Of a DNA stretch of 64,000 bases, positions 49,801 to 60,532 are shown piece after piece. Made by a program: the position numbers and the translations under genes. How positions within the stretch are numbered: position 1 is the first letter of the stretch; each line of letters opens with the position of its first letter. The notes under the pieces are model-generated. The model saw only the letters and a program-made list of their open reading frames with translations. It ran no database searches and was not told the origin of the DNA. Source of the DNA: Paraspadella gotoi (taxonomy: Eukaryota; Animalia; Chaetognatha); NCBI GenBank assembly GCA_051294375.1, contig CM119266.1, forward strand, positions 27,204,718-27,268,717. The letters run 5' to 3'.

Positions 49801-52800
49801 AGGAAAAGCGATTTGCCCCTGTCTTCGATTTTCACTAATCGGCATTAAACTGAAAGTCGCTCCTCGTTTGTCGTCTTTGGTCGTCTTCATCCTCATTCTC
49901 GTTAGTCCGTCGGTGTCAGATAATGGAGAGCGGCTGCGTCTTCGTAAACGTCGTCTTATCGTCGTCATCTATCGTCGTCGCTGACCTTTAAAAGAATATT
50001 TTATCATCACTCGGAAAGACGTTCCTGTCGTCGTTGTCGTTTGTCGCCGAAGTTGTACTTGTGGTTATCATTTTTAATTATCTTCGTCGTCGTTGTCGTC
50101 ATCGTCATCGTCCGCCGTAATTGCATACTGCATACGTGTGACCTTCCTTTGGAGGAGACTCGTTTACTTGGAATTGATGGCTCCTTCTTTTGGGCTGTTT
50201 CTAAAGAAAAGAAAAGAAAAGAAAAGAAAAGAAAAAAGAAAGGAAAAGAAAAGAAAGAAAAGAAAGAAAAGAAAAGAAAGAAAGGAAGAGAAGAGCAGAG
50301 CAGAGCGGAAAGAGCTTTGACTTGAGTAGAAAAATTACAAAGTGCAGAGCCTTTAATATATTATTATTAATATAGAAATTAAATAAGTTTCAACTATAAC
50401 TACTACGGCATTGTATATAAGCAGAGGATCTGCAACGAAAACGTAAAAAGTTCGTCGAAAATTTTTCCACGCTCCTGAAAATCGGACAATTCTGAGTTCC
50501 TACTTTACGGCGACTCTCGGCTCCACGCCTACAAATGCTCGTCGTTTTCAGTTGTAAAAAGGATTTGATGACAATGGTCGATTCGTCTTTGTCGTTTTAT
50601 TACCGTCACAAATGTCGTTTTCTCCTCAGCCTTGTCATTCTTTTTTCCTATATTGAGTCACCTAACTTATTTTCTCATTAAACCATTAGAGAGGAATTAG
50701 TAGAATTAAAGTAATGTCTTAAAATTTAGTTAAACTAGTTATGAGTAATTTAAACTTTCGTACAAATGAATCTCCGAGAAAAGATTCATTATATTAAATA
50801 TAAGATATAGTTGCTTTTGTTATTTTACTTAAATCTTTCTTCTTTTTTATTTCTTTTCCTTCTTTTCTTCCGCCATCTTTTTCTCTTGAAAAAAGGTTCT
50901 TTCGGTCGATGCACTGCGACGAATAAATGCATTCTTTGGATTATATTTATTTTTCTGTCTTGTATCAAATTTCTGAATTCAGATAAAGGAGTCAATACTT
51001 AATACAAATGCTGTTTTAGTTTAATTTCATGAAAGGTACTATACAACTTTATTCAATGTCAGAGAAGTATTGATGAAGCTTGAAGAGGCCTTAACATAAA
51101 CACAGGCCGTCTAAAGTCAAGTGGAAGCTAATAGCTAATTTATTGTATGAATAGATAAATTTTTTTTGGTACCACTTTCATATTCCACTTGGAGCAGCAT
51201 CCAACTGGTCTTTTCCTTTTCCTCCTTCGCCTCCAATTCTGTTTTGCGCGGCAACCAACTGATGGCATCCGATTGATGGCACGTTTCCGCCACCAACTAT
51301 TTCCCTTTGAATTAGAGACGAGGAACGGACAATAAAGATTCGGCCCCGCGGTCGGTTCGGAAGAAAAGGGGGGAGAGTTGGGGGAGGCGGAGGAGGGATA
51401 AGAGGGAAGGGGAAAGGAAATGGTTAGAGAGAAGACTAGAGTAGAGTAGAAAAGAAAGTCGAGAACCTTTTTAAAGGGACCTAGGAAGTCGAGAGTCATT
51501 CCTAGAAATAGAATAGTACTATCTAGGAAAAAAGTTAGAGACATTTTTTTTTAAAAGTTCATTTATTCAATAAAAAATATACAAAACATGGGTAAACATT
51601 CTCAATATTTGGTATGCCCTCCCTCGCCATCGACCACTGCCTGCATTCGTCTGGGCATGCTCTCGTAAAGCGAATTGAGGTACAAGGTGAAATGTTTTTC
51701 CACACTTTAGCGCAATTTCTTTTCAGCCCCGATGTTGATGTTCCAAGTCTATTGCTGATGAATGTGTGCGTCTTTCCTCTTTTCTCAGAGCTACAATTGC
51801 ACCTTATGACCAAGAGAGGGGCTGTCTATTCGGCATAACCAAATTTAAAAAATGAAAAAATAATTAACTCAATTTGAAATAAAACAAATACTCAATACCA
51901 GAATTGTGGAAAACTAAAAGGCGATTTTTTCCGCCATTTTTCACTTGAGGTACAATTCTTATTTTGCCTCTAATTCTATAGTTGGTCTAACGAAAAAAAT
52001 GGAAAGGGAGCAACTGAAATAAGAATATGTAGAAATCTGAAACATCCTGATTTTTTATAAAATCGAGCAAGTTTTCGAGTAGATATCCTCAATTAAAAAT
52101 GTTTCTAACTTTTTTCCTAGATAGTAGAATAGCGAGAAATGCCGTTTTGCAAGGAGTCAGATTGCAGTTAAAGTTAAAAAATCAGAAGTCGTAAATTAAT
52201 ATGGATATCTAGCTTTTGAACCCCCGTCACTATCCTATGATATACATATCTATGATAAATATCTTTTGCTAAAAGTTTTGTTAGCCAAAAATATAAATCG
52301 TTTGCCCCGCACTGTATTCTTTTTTATAGGCGTAATCAGTAAATAAAGATTCGTCTGATCTTTTATTCATTAAACTGAAACCTCAAGACGCGCCTCCCAC
52401 CGATTAATTTTTAACCCGACCCACACGTCCTTCCACACCATGCCCCCACACCCCCTCCACACCCCAACGTCATCGCCCACGATTCCTCTTGTCCTCGCGA
52501 GATCAAAAGGTGAAATGGAGATAAATGAAATTTGGCTCAATCATTATCGGGATTTATTCTCTCGCCCACCTCTTCATCAAAAAAAAGAAAGAGAGGGAGA
52601 GAGAGGGAGAGAGAGAGAGAGAGAGGGAGAGGGGGTTAAGTCGAGTGTGGCATTTTTGATTTTTAAATATCATAGTTTTGTGATGAGGATTAAAATACTT
52701 TACCTATTTCATGTAAATAAATTAAAAAATTAAAGATATTAAATCATTGGAAAAAGTTTAAATTGTGATTCGGCAACGAATTTATTTAATAATAATAAAC

Positions 52801-54168
52801 GGACATGTTTCGGTTCGGTTTACGAACCTTCTTCAGCGCAGTTGTCCTTTTTATTTCTTTTTTTTTCTTTTTCTTTTTTGATTTCCGAATCATTTTCTCT
52901 TCTTTCCTTTTTTTTCCCTTTTTTTATTTTCAAAGTTAGTTTTAATTTTTTTTTCAGTACATGGACCCCATCATTTTTATAAGGTTTTGAAAAAGGAAAG
53001 ATTTTCTTAATTTTTACAAATGTATGAGTCTGTAAAACAAGAACAAGAAATTAAATTTTAAAAACAAAAATATATTTGGAATCAGCATGATGTCCGCTTT
53101 CAAACCCTTTATAGTTTTTAAATATTTTAATTAGTTTTAAGACTATAATATATTTTTATAATAATGAAAAAATATTTTTGGTATTTAAAATAATTTTTGT
53201 AAATTTTATTTGTTATTTATTAAAACTGCTCTTGTTTAATGTATCATTTTGTATAAAAAAGGAATCAATTACCTTGGATATTTTCAGAATACTTGTAAAT
53301 ATTTTTGACTCAATTAATAATAAAAACAAAAAAAATTAAATTAATTCAAAAATGTTATTACATCATTATGTAGGTCTCGTTTCAGAGTATTTATGAGCAA
53401 AAAATGTTAGGGCGAGCTTCATTAATAACTGCGCTAGAGCAAATATTGTAAAAAAATTTTTAGGGTGCTGAGCGCAATTTTTTTGAATTTTTAAAAATCC
53501 GTCAAAGCCAACCTTCCTGCATCCATTACTCATAGCTGAGCTGATTCCAACTCCTAGTTTGAGAGATATCCACGCCCTCCAGTTTATCGAGTAAAGATAA
53601 AAGGAGCTGTACCTTTTGTGTCTTTCTTTCTCATTCGTTCTGTTCTTTTCTCTTTTCTTTGTCCTCTCTTTGCTCACCTCTCTTTTTTTCTCTCGGACTC
53701 GGCGGATCGAATCGGAATTTCATGTCTTTTCGACACAAAAGATCGAAAAAATCTCCCCTTTGATGACGACCGATCGGATGTATTTCGCAAATGGGCAATG
53801 AGTTATTTATAGAAAGACAGAGACTAAGACCAAGATATATATTACATAGTGGAGATCTCCATTACATAATTACAAAATGAATCTCTTTTATTTTTATGTA
53901 TTGATATCTATCTGTAAAGATTGGGTAAAAAAACTTAAATTGTAAGCTTAAGAATGTTTCAATTAAAAAAGATAAATTTAACTCCGTACAGTAAATAAAT
54001 GTGACGTTGATAAAAAAATTTAAATATTTTTTTAATTACGTTTCCACTTTCCTAGTTTTCTGTTTTTCGCTCAATTGAAAAAAAATCTTTGCGGTGCCTT
54101 TTATTTTTATTCGATTTTCTAACTTCTAATTAATGCAAAAAACAGTCGAGATTAAGGGACTCTTTAAC

Positions 54169-54209
<41 letters not shown>

Positions 54210-54346
54210 AAGAGAAGAGAGAGAGAGAGAGGGAAGATCAATTCCTCCCGCTAACGTCTCGAGACAGAGTCTTTATGGCGACATGAAGGAGGAGTTGAAA
54301 GGATTAATAAATTGACTAAAGAATTAGAGAGGCTGGAGAGACAGAG

Positions 54347-54442
<96 letters not shown>

Positions 54443-54630
54443 CGCGCACCAGACTGAGAAAAAAAAAGGTTGACTGATAATAAAACATAATATAAAGGAA
54501 AATACTGTTTGGGTCCCGTACTTACCCATACTTACCTAGAATGCTCACCCGAAAGACTGCTCGTGCTCGGGGTCGCGAGATCGAAGCTTCGACGATGAAA
54601 CATCGCGTCCTCACTGGTGAGATCACTCAA
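29855..54630 (-). CDS. Putative 3' exons of a large minus-strand gene of unknown identity (partial)
   Basis: Candidate exons 54630-54536 (LSDLTSEDAMFHRRSFDLATPSTSSLSGEHS), 32172-32091 (RSRYSLRQGDLEFVGGCLASDTDGGHLQ) and 29929-29855 (GTRAPPRNVADRAGRRAGLIAVNV*). GTAAG donors, YAG acceptors and compatible phases 2/2 and 0/0; no recognisable domain. Confidence 0.4.
30516..31050 (+). repeat. About 165-bp direct duplication (30516-30682 and 30885-31050)
   Basis: CTCTCGTCCTTAATTACCGCCTGCCGACCGCGTTACTCGATGTCCC...TTATGCGCCGTCCGG is repeated; each copy follows a (CT)n run. Confidence 0.9.
31316..31460. repeat. Perfect 68-bp-arm inverted repeat with a 9-nt loop
   Basis: 31316-31383 is the reverse complement of 31393-31460. 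Confidence 0.95.
33442..40110. repeat. Complex G-rich satellite (60-80-bp units) with higher-order structure and inverted ends
   Basis: Core AAAGGATTGGGACAAATGAGTAGGGTTAGGCAAAGTGGGGGCGGGAGGGAACGAG is repeated throughout, with a periodic ~90-bp cassette; inverted segments at 33442-33497 and 39878-40110. Confidence 0.95.
41613..41935 (+). mobile_element. Longest copy of the (AAT)n-tailed dispersed repeat (SINE or LINE 3' end-like)
   Basis: Other copies have variable 5' truncation and a shared 3' end GTACCAATTTCATA; followed here by about 20 AAT units. Confidence 0.7.
43030..43175 (-). mobile_element. tRNA-like SINE family member (also 48010-48160; plus-strand copy at 49059-49205)
   Basis: Read on the minus strand: A-box-like TGGTGCCGGAGG and B-box-like GGTTCTAGCCC (43109-43119). 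Copies are dispersed in both orientations. Confidence 0.6.
48438..49736. mobile_element. 1.3-kb non-autonomous TIR DNA transposon inserted at a TTAA site (Kolobok-like GG...CC termini)
   Basis: TIRs GGTCGGGATCACTCAA / TTGAGTGATCCTGGCC, flanked by TTAA and TTA. The empty site GAGATTTAAGGAAC is at 43437-43450 in the other duplicate copy. Confidence 0.8.
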
Positions 54631-54731
54631 CTGAACGAGGAAGAGGGAGAAAGTCTGGGACAGAGGAACGAGGTAAAAGATAGAGAAAGATAGAAAGACG
54701 ACGGTATAGAAAGAGGAAAAGTTTGGAAGCC

Positions 54732-54775
<44 letters not shown>

Positions 54776-55183
54776 AGGGCGATGACAGATAGGGATAGCC
54801 AGGATTAAGGATTAGGTTAAAAATTTTGTAAAAGATTTTGAAAATGGTTAAAAAATAAGTACACTGTACTTATTAGAAACAGAAATGGGGTGCGTTCGGA
54901 AAAATGTGGTGAAAGTTTGATGTCTCAGATAAACGCAATTGCCAAACGACTTGTTGGTATGGAGATAAAACTCAAGGCTACTACATTGAAGCCTTTTGCT
55001 ATCCTTGCCTTCAACGCTGAAGCATATTATGCCGCTCAAGACGAGTGCCGCTGCCGCTGCCTCTGCTGCTTCCGCCGACGCAGTTGCTCCGTCTCCTCCT
55101 CCGCCGACGCAGCATCACCATAAAACGTTTTTTCGGCCTAAAACAAAAGTCGATCGTGATGGGGGAGGTTATGTGAGGGAGAA

Positions 55184-55228
<45 letters not shown>

Positions 55229-55235
55229 GAGAGAG

Positions 55236-55288
<53 letters not shown>

Positions 55289-55372
55289 CCGGATAACGCG
55301 GAAAGGTCGAATGGAGGTCGAAGCGGAGGCGAGGTGAAGAGAAATGAAGCGAGTTGGGCAAGGTTAGGAAGG

Positions 55373-56015
55373 GAAATGAAATGAAATGAAATGAAATGAA
55401 ATGAAATGAAATGAAAAGAAATGAAATGAAATGAAATGAAATGAATTGAAATGAAACGGAATGAAATGAAATTAAATGAAAAGAAAAGAGATTTGATGAT
55501 ATAGGATGAAATGAAATGAAATGAGATGAGATGAGATGAGATGAGATGAGATGAGATGAGATGAGATGAGATGAGATGAGATGAGATGAAATGAAATGAA
55601 ACAAAATGAAATGAAATGAAATGGAATGAGATAGGGTGATATAAGTCGATGTAAGGTCAAGTGGGATGAAGTGAAGTGAGGTGAAGTGAGGTGAAATGAA
55701 ATGAAATGAAATGAAATGAGATTTGATGAGATGAGATGAGATGAAGTGAAATGAAACGAAAAGAAACGAAATGAAATGAAATGAGATTGGGTGATATAAG
55801 TCGATGTAAGGTCAAATGGGATGATGTGAAGTAAGGTGAGGTGAAATAAAATGAAATGAAATGAAATGAAATGAAATGAAATAAAATGAGATTTGATGAG
55901 ATGGGATGAGATGAGGTGAAATGAAACGAAATGAAACGAAATGAAATGAAATGAGATTAGGTGATATAAGTCGATGTAAGGTCAAGTGGGATGATGTGAA
56001 GTGAGGTGAAGTGAA
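55373..56015. repeat. (GAAAT)n/(GAGAT)n pentamer satellite with three ~160-bp higher-order units
   Basis: GATATAAGTCGATGTAAGGTCAA recurs at about 55638, 55792 and 55963 between pentamer runs. Confidence 0.9.
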
Positions 56016-56067
56016 ACAATGAAAACAAAGGTGAACAAAATTGAAGATATGAAGATAGAAATGAATA

Positions 56068-56200
56068 GATGGAGATGAACTATTTGAAGCGGATAGAGAT
56101 GGAGATGAACTATTTGAAGCGGATAGAGATGGAGATGAACTATTTGAAGCGGATAGAGATGGAGATGAACTATTTGAAGCGGATAGAGATGGAGATGAAC
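56068..56200. repeat. 30-bp perfect tandem repeat, about 4.4 copies
   Basis: GATGGAGATGAACTATTTGAAGCGGATAGA starts at 56068, 56098, 56128, 56158 and 56188 (partial). Confidence 0.95.
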
Positions 56201-56249
56201 GGATAGAAAAGATATTGAAAAAGATGGTGAACTGATTTGATGGATCCCG

Positions 56250-56525
56250 AAAATCCGCCCTTCCGAGGATTAAACTTTAATCCTCGGGAGGGGGGATTTT
56301 TAATTAAAAGGGGATTAAACTTAAAGGGGATTAAAGGGGATTAAACTTAAAGGGGATTAAACTTAAATCCTCGGGATTAATCTTTAATCCTCGGGATTAA
56401 ACTTTAATCCTCGGGAGGGGGGATTTTTAATTTAAAGGCGAATATTTTTTTATGAAGGTCGAGGGGTGTAGTTCAAAGCGTCGAAAGTCAAAACAGCGTA
56501 CAGTTCAAAGCGTCTTATATTAATT
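56250..56525 (+). promoter_or_regulatory. Candidate cis-regulatory region of the knottin gene
   Basis: 10 GGATTA/TAATCC hexamers in 56267-56410, two AGTTCAAAGCGTC copies (about 56470 and 56502), TATA-like TTATATTAA at about 56515; the ATG is at 56685. Confidence 0.35.
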
Positions 56526-56684
56526 TTTTTATGTGTATGATCAATAAGCACAATTACTTCGCATGGCTAATTATTTCTATTAGACTTCCAAGTCATCTTT
56601 ATCGTAATTCTGGTTGTTTTTTTTTTATTTTTTTTTATTTTTAATTTTTTCAAAACAATTTGTTTCGTTGAATTTTGGGCAAAA

Positions 56685-57357
56685 ATGAAGAAGTTTGTTT
56701 GTCTGTTGGCGATTGGGACGATCCTGTTGGCGGCGACGACGATGGCGTCGATGGACACGAACCTGAAGGCGTTGAAGGTGTGTTTGCCATTCTTCGGTTT
56801 CTGCGAATGCTCCAGTGCTGGGAGAGTTGTTAAGAGAGACAAAGTGAATTCCTGCCACAATTTTTAGACGGAAAATGACGCTGACGCGGCTCTGGGGAAT
56901 ATGCGACTCGCCGCTGTACGACGAAGGCACAATAATCGACGCGTAAGCTTTACCTTTCATACAGCCAAATTATACAGTTATTAACGGGATACATGATAGT
57001 TGTTTTTTTTAATTGCAATAGCCTTTTTCGGTTCAATTGCCCCTTCTGGTCTCCTTAATTGCTCCACAATCATTTCTATTGTCTTTGGCTTACTTTTATC
57101 ATCGTCTTTAGAAATACGTATGTTTCACTTTCTTTTTAACTTTTTTGTCACAAATAATTTGTTCCCCCACCCTCTCCTTCTCCCGATTCATATTTTTTTA
57201 GCCCTGCTTAAAGTTTGAACAAGACTGCAGTCGACGTCCTCAAGGATGCTGCAGAAGCAAAAATAAGGTGCAGGATTTAACGTGCGGACTCTCGCGAGCG
57301 GAGTGGACCCGTGGCAAGCTTGCCTGGATGTGCTATCATGTTTTCCGGTGGGGATAA
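56685..57357 (+). CDS. Secreted inhibitor-cystine-knot (knottin), toxin-like prepropeptide, 3 exons, 107 aa
   Basis: Exon 56685-56777: MKKFVCLLAIGTILLAATTMASMDTNLKALK. Exon 56868-56942: TENDADAALGNMRLAAVRRRHNNRR. Exon 57202-57357: PCLKFEQDCSRRPQGCCRSKNKVQDLTCGLSRAEWTRGKLAWMCYHVFRWG*. Both introns are phase 0, GT...TTTTTAG. Cys spacing C-X6-C-X6-CC-X10-C-X15-C. Confidence 0.85.
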
Positions 57358-58044
57358 GGAATGGCAGAAAATGAGAAATGTTGAGATGTTGAGATTCAAA
57401 GAAATCAAAGGAAAAATTCATTTGGTTCAAAATATATTTTTATTTCTCTTTAAACTTTAGTCAAACAATAGATCCGGGTCTATTTCCAACTCTTTATTTC
57501 TGGCCTCTTCGTTTTATTAATTAAATTTAATTAAATTTAAAATTACCTTTCGTCGTAAGTTTTCAAGAAATTTTTTTTCATTTAAAATCAAAATCTTTAG
57601 AGCATAGTTATTGTATGTTACTATGTACAATATTAAATCAATTTTTTTTAATAGGAAATAATAAAAGAATTAATTAAGGATTGAAATGAAGGATGAAAAT
57701 GTCGAATGACAGGATGAAGATAATAATACATAAGAAGAGACTGAAGATGAACAAATCTGGTAAAGACAAACCTTGTCAATCCTAAAATGAAACTGACGAT
57801 ATATAAATAAATATAAATATAAATAAAATTGACGATATATAAATACATAAGATTGTCGCGATTTTATGGAAATATGTATTTTAAATTTCAAAAGTTGGTA
57901 AAACTAAATTTATTTTATAAAAGTTTTGTTTACTAGATTCCTCCATAAATTTTTAAATTTGTCAGAACGTTTTACTCTTTTTTTTCCCTATTTTTTTGTC
58001 ACGCTAAACGTTTATCTGATTACGCAAAATATCATGTAAGAAAT

Positions 58045-58862
58045 AAACAAGTTTGAGCAAACAATGTCGGATCTGCCCACGATCATTATCGGTAATTAAT
58101 TCATTAATAATTAAATAATTCAAGTTAATTTATTAATTAGGCAATTAATTAATTAATTTGATCCCAAATATTTGTTTTTAGGTCCTTTCGTCACTAACCA
58201 CGATAAAAGCAATGACGACGAAGAGAATAATGTCGATAACAACTGACTTGATTAATTGACTGATTAATTAATTATTGATTAATTAATTAACTAATTGATT
58301 AATTATTTTATTTATTAATACATCCTGCATTTACATTTAATATAAAAGGAAAAAGAAGCATAATAAATTAGTGAAACAGGTTTTTTGTTTTTTTCCATTT
58401 AAACTCATTTCCACTCAAACGATTCCATCGAAACTTGATTTCCAGTTTAATCACACACCTTTCTACCCAAATACAAAATTTCAAGTCAATCGCCCCATCC
58501 ACTCATAAGTAATTGGTGTTCAAATAGTGTAATATATTTTTTTTGTTTTTTCCATTTAAACCAATTTCCACTTGCACGATTCCATCAAAACTTCATATCC
58601 ATTTCAATCACACAGTTTCCTACCCACACACAAAATTTCATACCAATCCATCCATCCAATCACGAGTAATTGGTGTTTTTTGCTAATGTGGGACGGACGG
58701 ATGGATGGACGGATGGACATCGCTTTTTTTTGCATAAATTATCATAATTCGATGTTCTGACATGATATAAATGAGTGCCCGACAATATTGAGGGGGCGGA
58801 CTGATGGACCGACAAAGTGAATTATAGAGTCTGGATCTGCTGAAAGCAGATCCGACTAAAAA
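58045..58862 (-). mobile_element. Complete DINE-1/HINE-like element (about 820 bp)
   Basis: Subterminal inverted repeats GTCGGATCTGC (58066-58076) / GCAGATCCGAC (58846-58856), adjacent IR GGATCTGC (58833) forming a terminal hairpin, (GGAY)n at about 58691-58718, short GTTTG-AG-CAAAC stem at the other end, A/T-run flanks. Confidence 0.75.
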
Positions 58863-59830
58863 TTAATAGAATCAATAGCTAGTGTTATGTCTCGAATAGA
58901 TGGAAAAAAACCTCGTCTAAAAATTCGATCGGGAAGTGGGGTAACTAAGGCTTACCAATGGCATCCTCCACGGAATGCAGGTTGCCGAAAGGGTACAGAT
59001 AATCTGGACATACTGACATGATAATCATGTGTAATTGTGAAATGGGGGCAGTAAAGAAATCTAAAAAATTCGATCATTAAGTCAGGCTCCACTCCCGCTT
59101 TGGGTATTTTAGACAATGATTTTGAAATTGGAATAATTGTCATTTATTTTCATCTCGCTGATAAAAATAGGACATTCTTCAGTTAAAAAAACGGTTGGCT
59201 ATAGTTATCTTTTACTTGTAAGGTAGAGCACACTAGGTGAATTTCTATGCCTTCAAAATACGGTAAGACATGATTTCTTTTGCGACAAACAATCAAATCT
59301 CGTTATCTGCTTAATTTAAGAAAAAAGTACAGGCGATTTTTCATGGTAAGAGAAAAAGATGACACATAATCTTTTTGTTTCTTACACTCTCTTTTTCTTT
59401 TTTCTTCTTTCTTCCTTCTTTTCTGTCACTCTTTCTTTCCTTTAATCCTCCTCTCTTCCCTTTCCTCTCTCTTCCTTTTTTTTTGTCTCTTTTCCTTTAC
59501 TATTTCTTTCTTTATCTCAGTTTTTCTTCTTTTTCTCCGATTTTGTCTCTCCTTTCCTACTATCTCTTCTTTTCTCTCCTTCTCTTGTTCTCAAACTCCT
59601 CTTACTCATTTTTTTATACTTTCCAATCCGCTCCCTCCCCCTCTATCAGCTTCCTTTTTTCACACACATTGTCTCTCTCTCCTCTTCTCTTTTTCTCCCG
59701 GTCACTTATTATATCTGCGTTTACATTATGTTAAATATATGAAAATGTTTAAAATGTAACGTAGTAAAAAAAATTTTGGGTAGCGCAAGATTTTATTCTA
59801 AGTTTGGTTGCCTAGCAGATTTAGTAAATC

Positions 59831-59868
59831 GACAGATTTTGCGGAAAATATTTTCCGCAAAATCTGTC
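59831..59868. repeat. Perfect 38-bp palindrome
   Basis: GACAGATTTTGCGGAAAAT|ATTTTCCGCAAAATCTGTC. Confidence 0.95.
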
Positions 59869-60139
59869 ATTCTGAGAAAAAATAAGTCCTGACGCTTTCC
59901 ATTGGATTAAAAGGATGCGGTTTTTTTTTATTAATCAACGTCAGTATGTATATTATCTTTTAAAACTAATAAATGAGTTGAAAATATTATCTTTATTAAA
60001 AATAAATGCAAGTCACAAAAAGTCACAAATTAATTGCCGTCTTTAAAATTTTTTTTTTTTTTTTTATTATTTTATAGGTTTTAAAAGCTTATTCAAATTC
60101 AATAGGCTATATTTTCTGTTAATTTAAACCAATTTGAAC

Positions 60140-60532
60140 AATTTTTGTTTAACAAATTATGATAAAAACTGAAAATGAAACTTTTTGACTTGTTAACTTT
60201 AAAATTAATTCATAGGCAAACTACAAATAAATTTACCCAGAGGTAAATAAGATAAGGAAGAACGGATTTCTAAAGTAAAAAATTGTTCTCAACTTTCCTT
60301 GGCATTCAAATCAGAGGACGAAAGTGAAAATGGACAAAAATGAACATAATTTTTTTTCTTAAATATTGCAAAAAATGTACTTTTTTATTATTCAGATGGA
60401 GATGATTTTAACAAATCCCTAGTTCGACCCAATTTGTATTGTGGTACAAATTAAATTAATATTGTAAGTAACGACTGAACAATATAGGAAAGAGTTGTTT
60501 TTTTGCTAAATGCGACGTTTGTAAGCGGAACC
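60140..60532. mobile_element. Truncated copy of the MITE found in ETNK intron 1
   Basis: Colinear with about 16018-16413; ends in TTTGTAAGCGGAACC. Confidence 0.8.

Larger units (their letters stand above)
41790..52870 (+). repeat. About 5-kb tandem duplication across a 25-N gap (41790-46720 vs 46750-52870)
   Basis: Colinear identity with indel noise, e.g. CTAGTGAGCTGCTGAGCAAAAAA at about 41965/46943 and AACCTCAAGACGCGCCTCC at about 46130/52379. Confidence 0.92.

Noticed and set aside
56685-56867. Single-exon 60-aa secreted peptide as given in the ORF track
   Set aside because: Its stop is the TTTTTAG acceptor of a 90-nt intron; the spliced 3-exon model gives a coherent prepro-knottin.
58956-59003. 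Additional minus-strand exon (CAG...GTAAG, 48 nt)
   Set aside because: Open in all three frames with a weak acceptor; cannot be assigned without transcript data.
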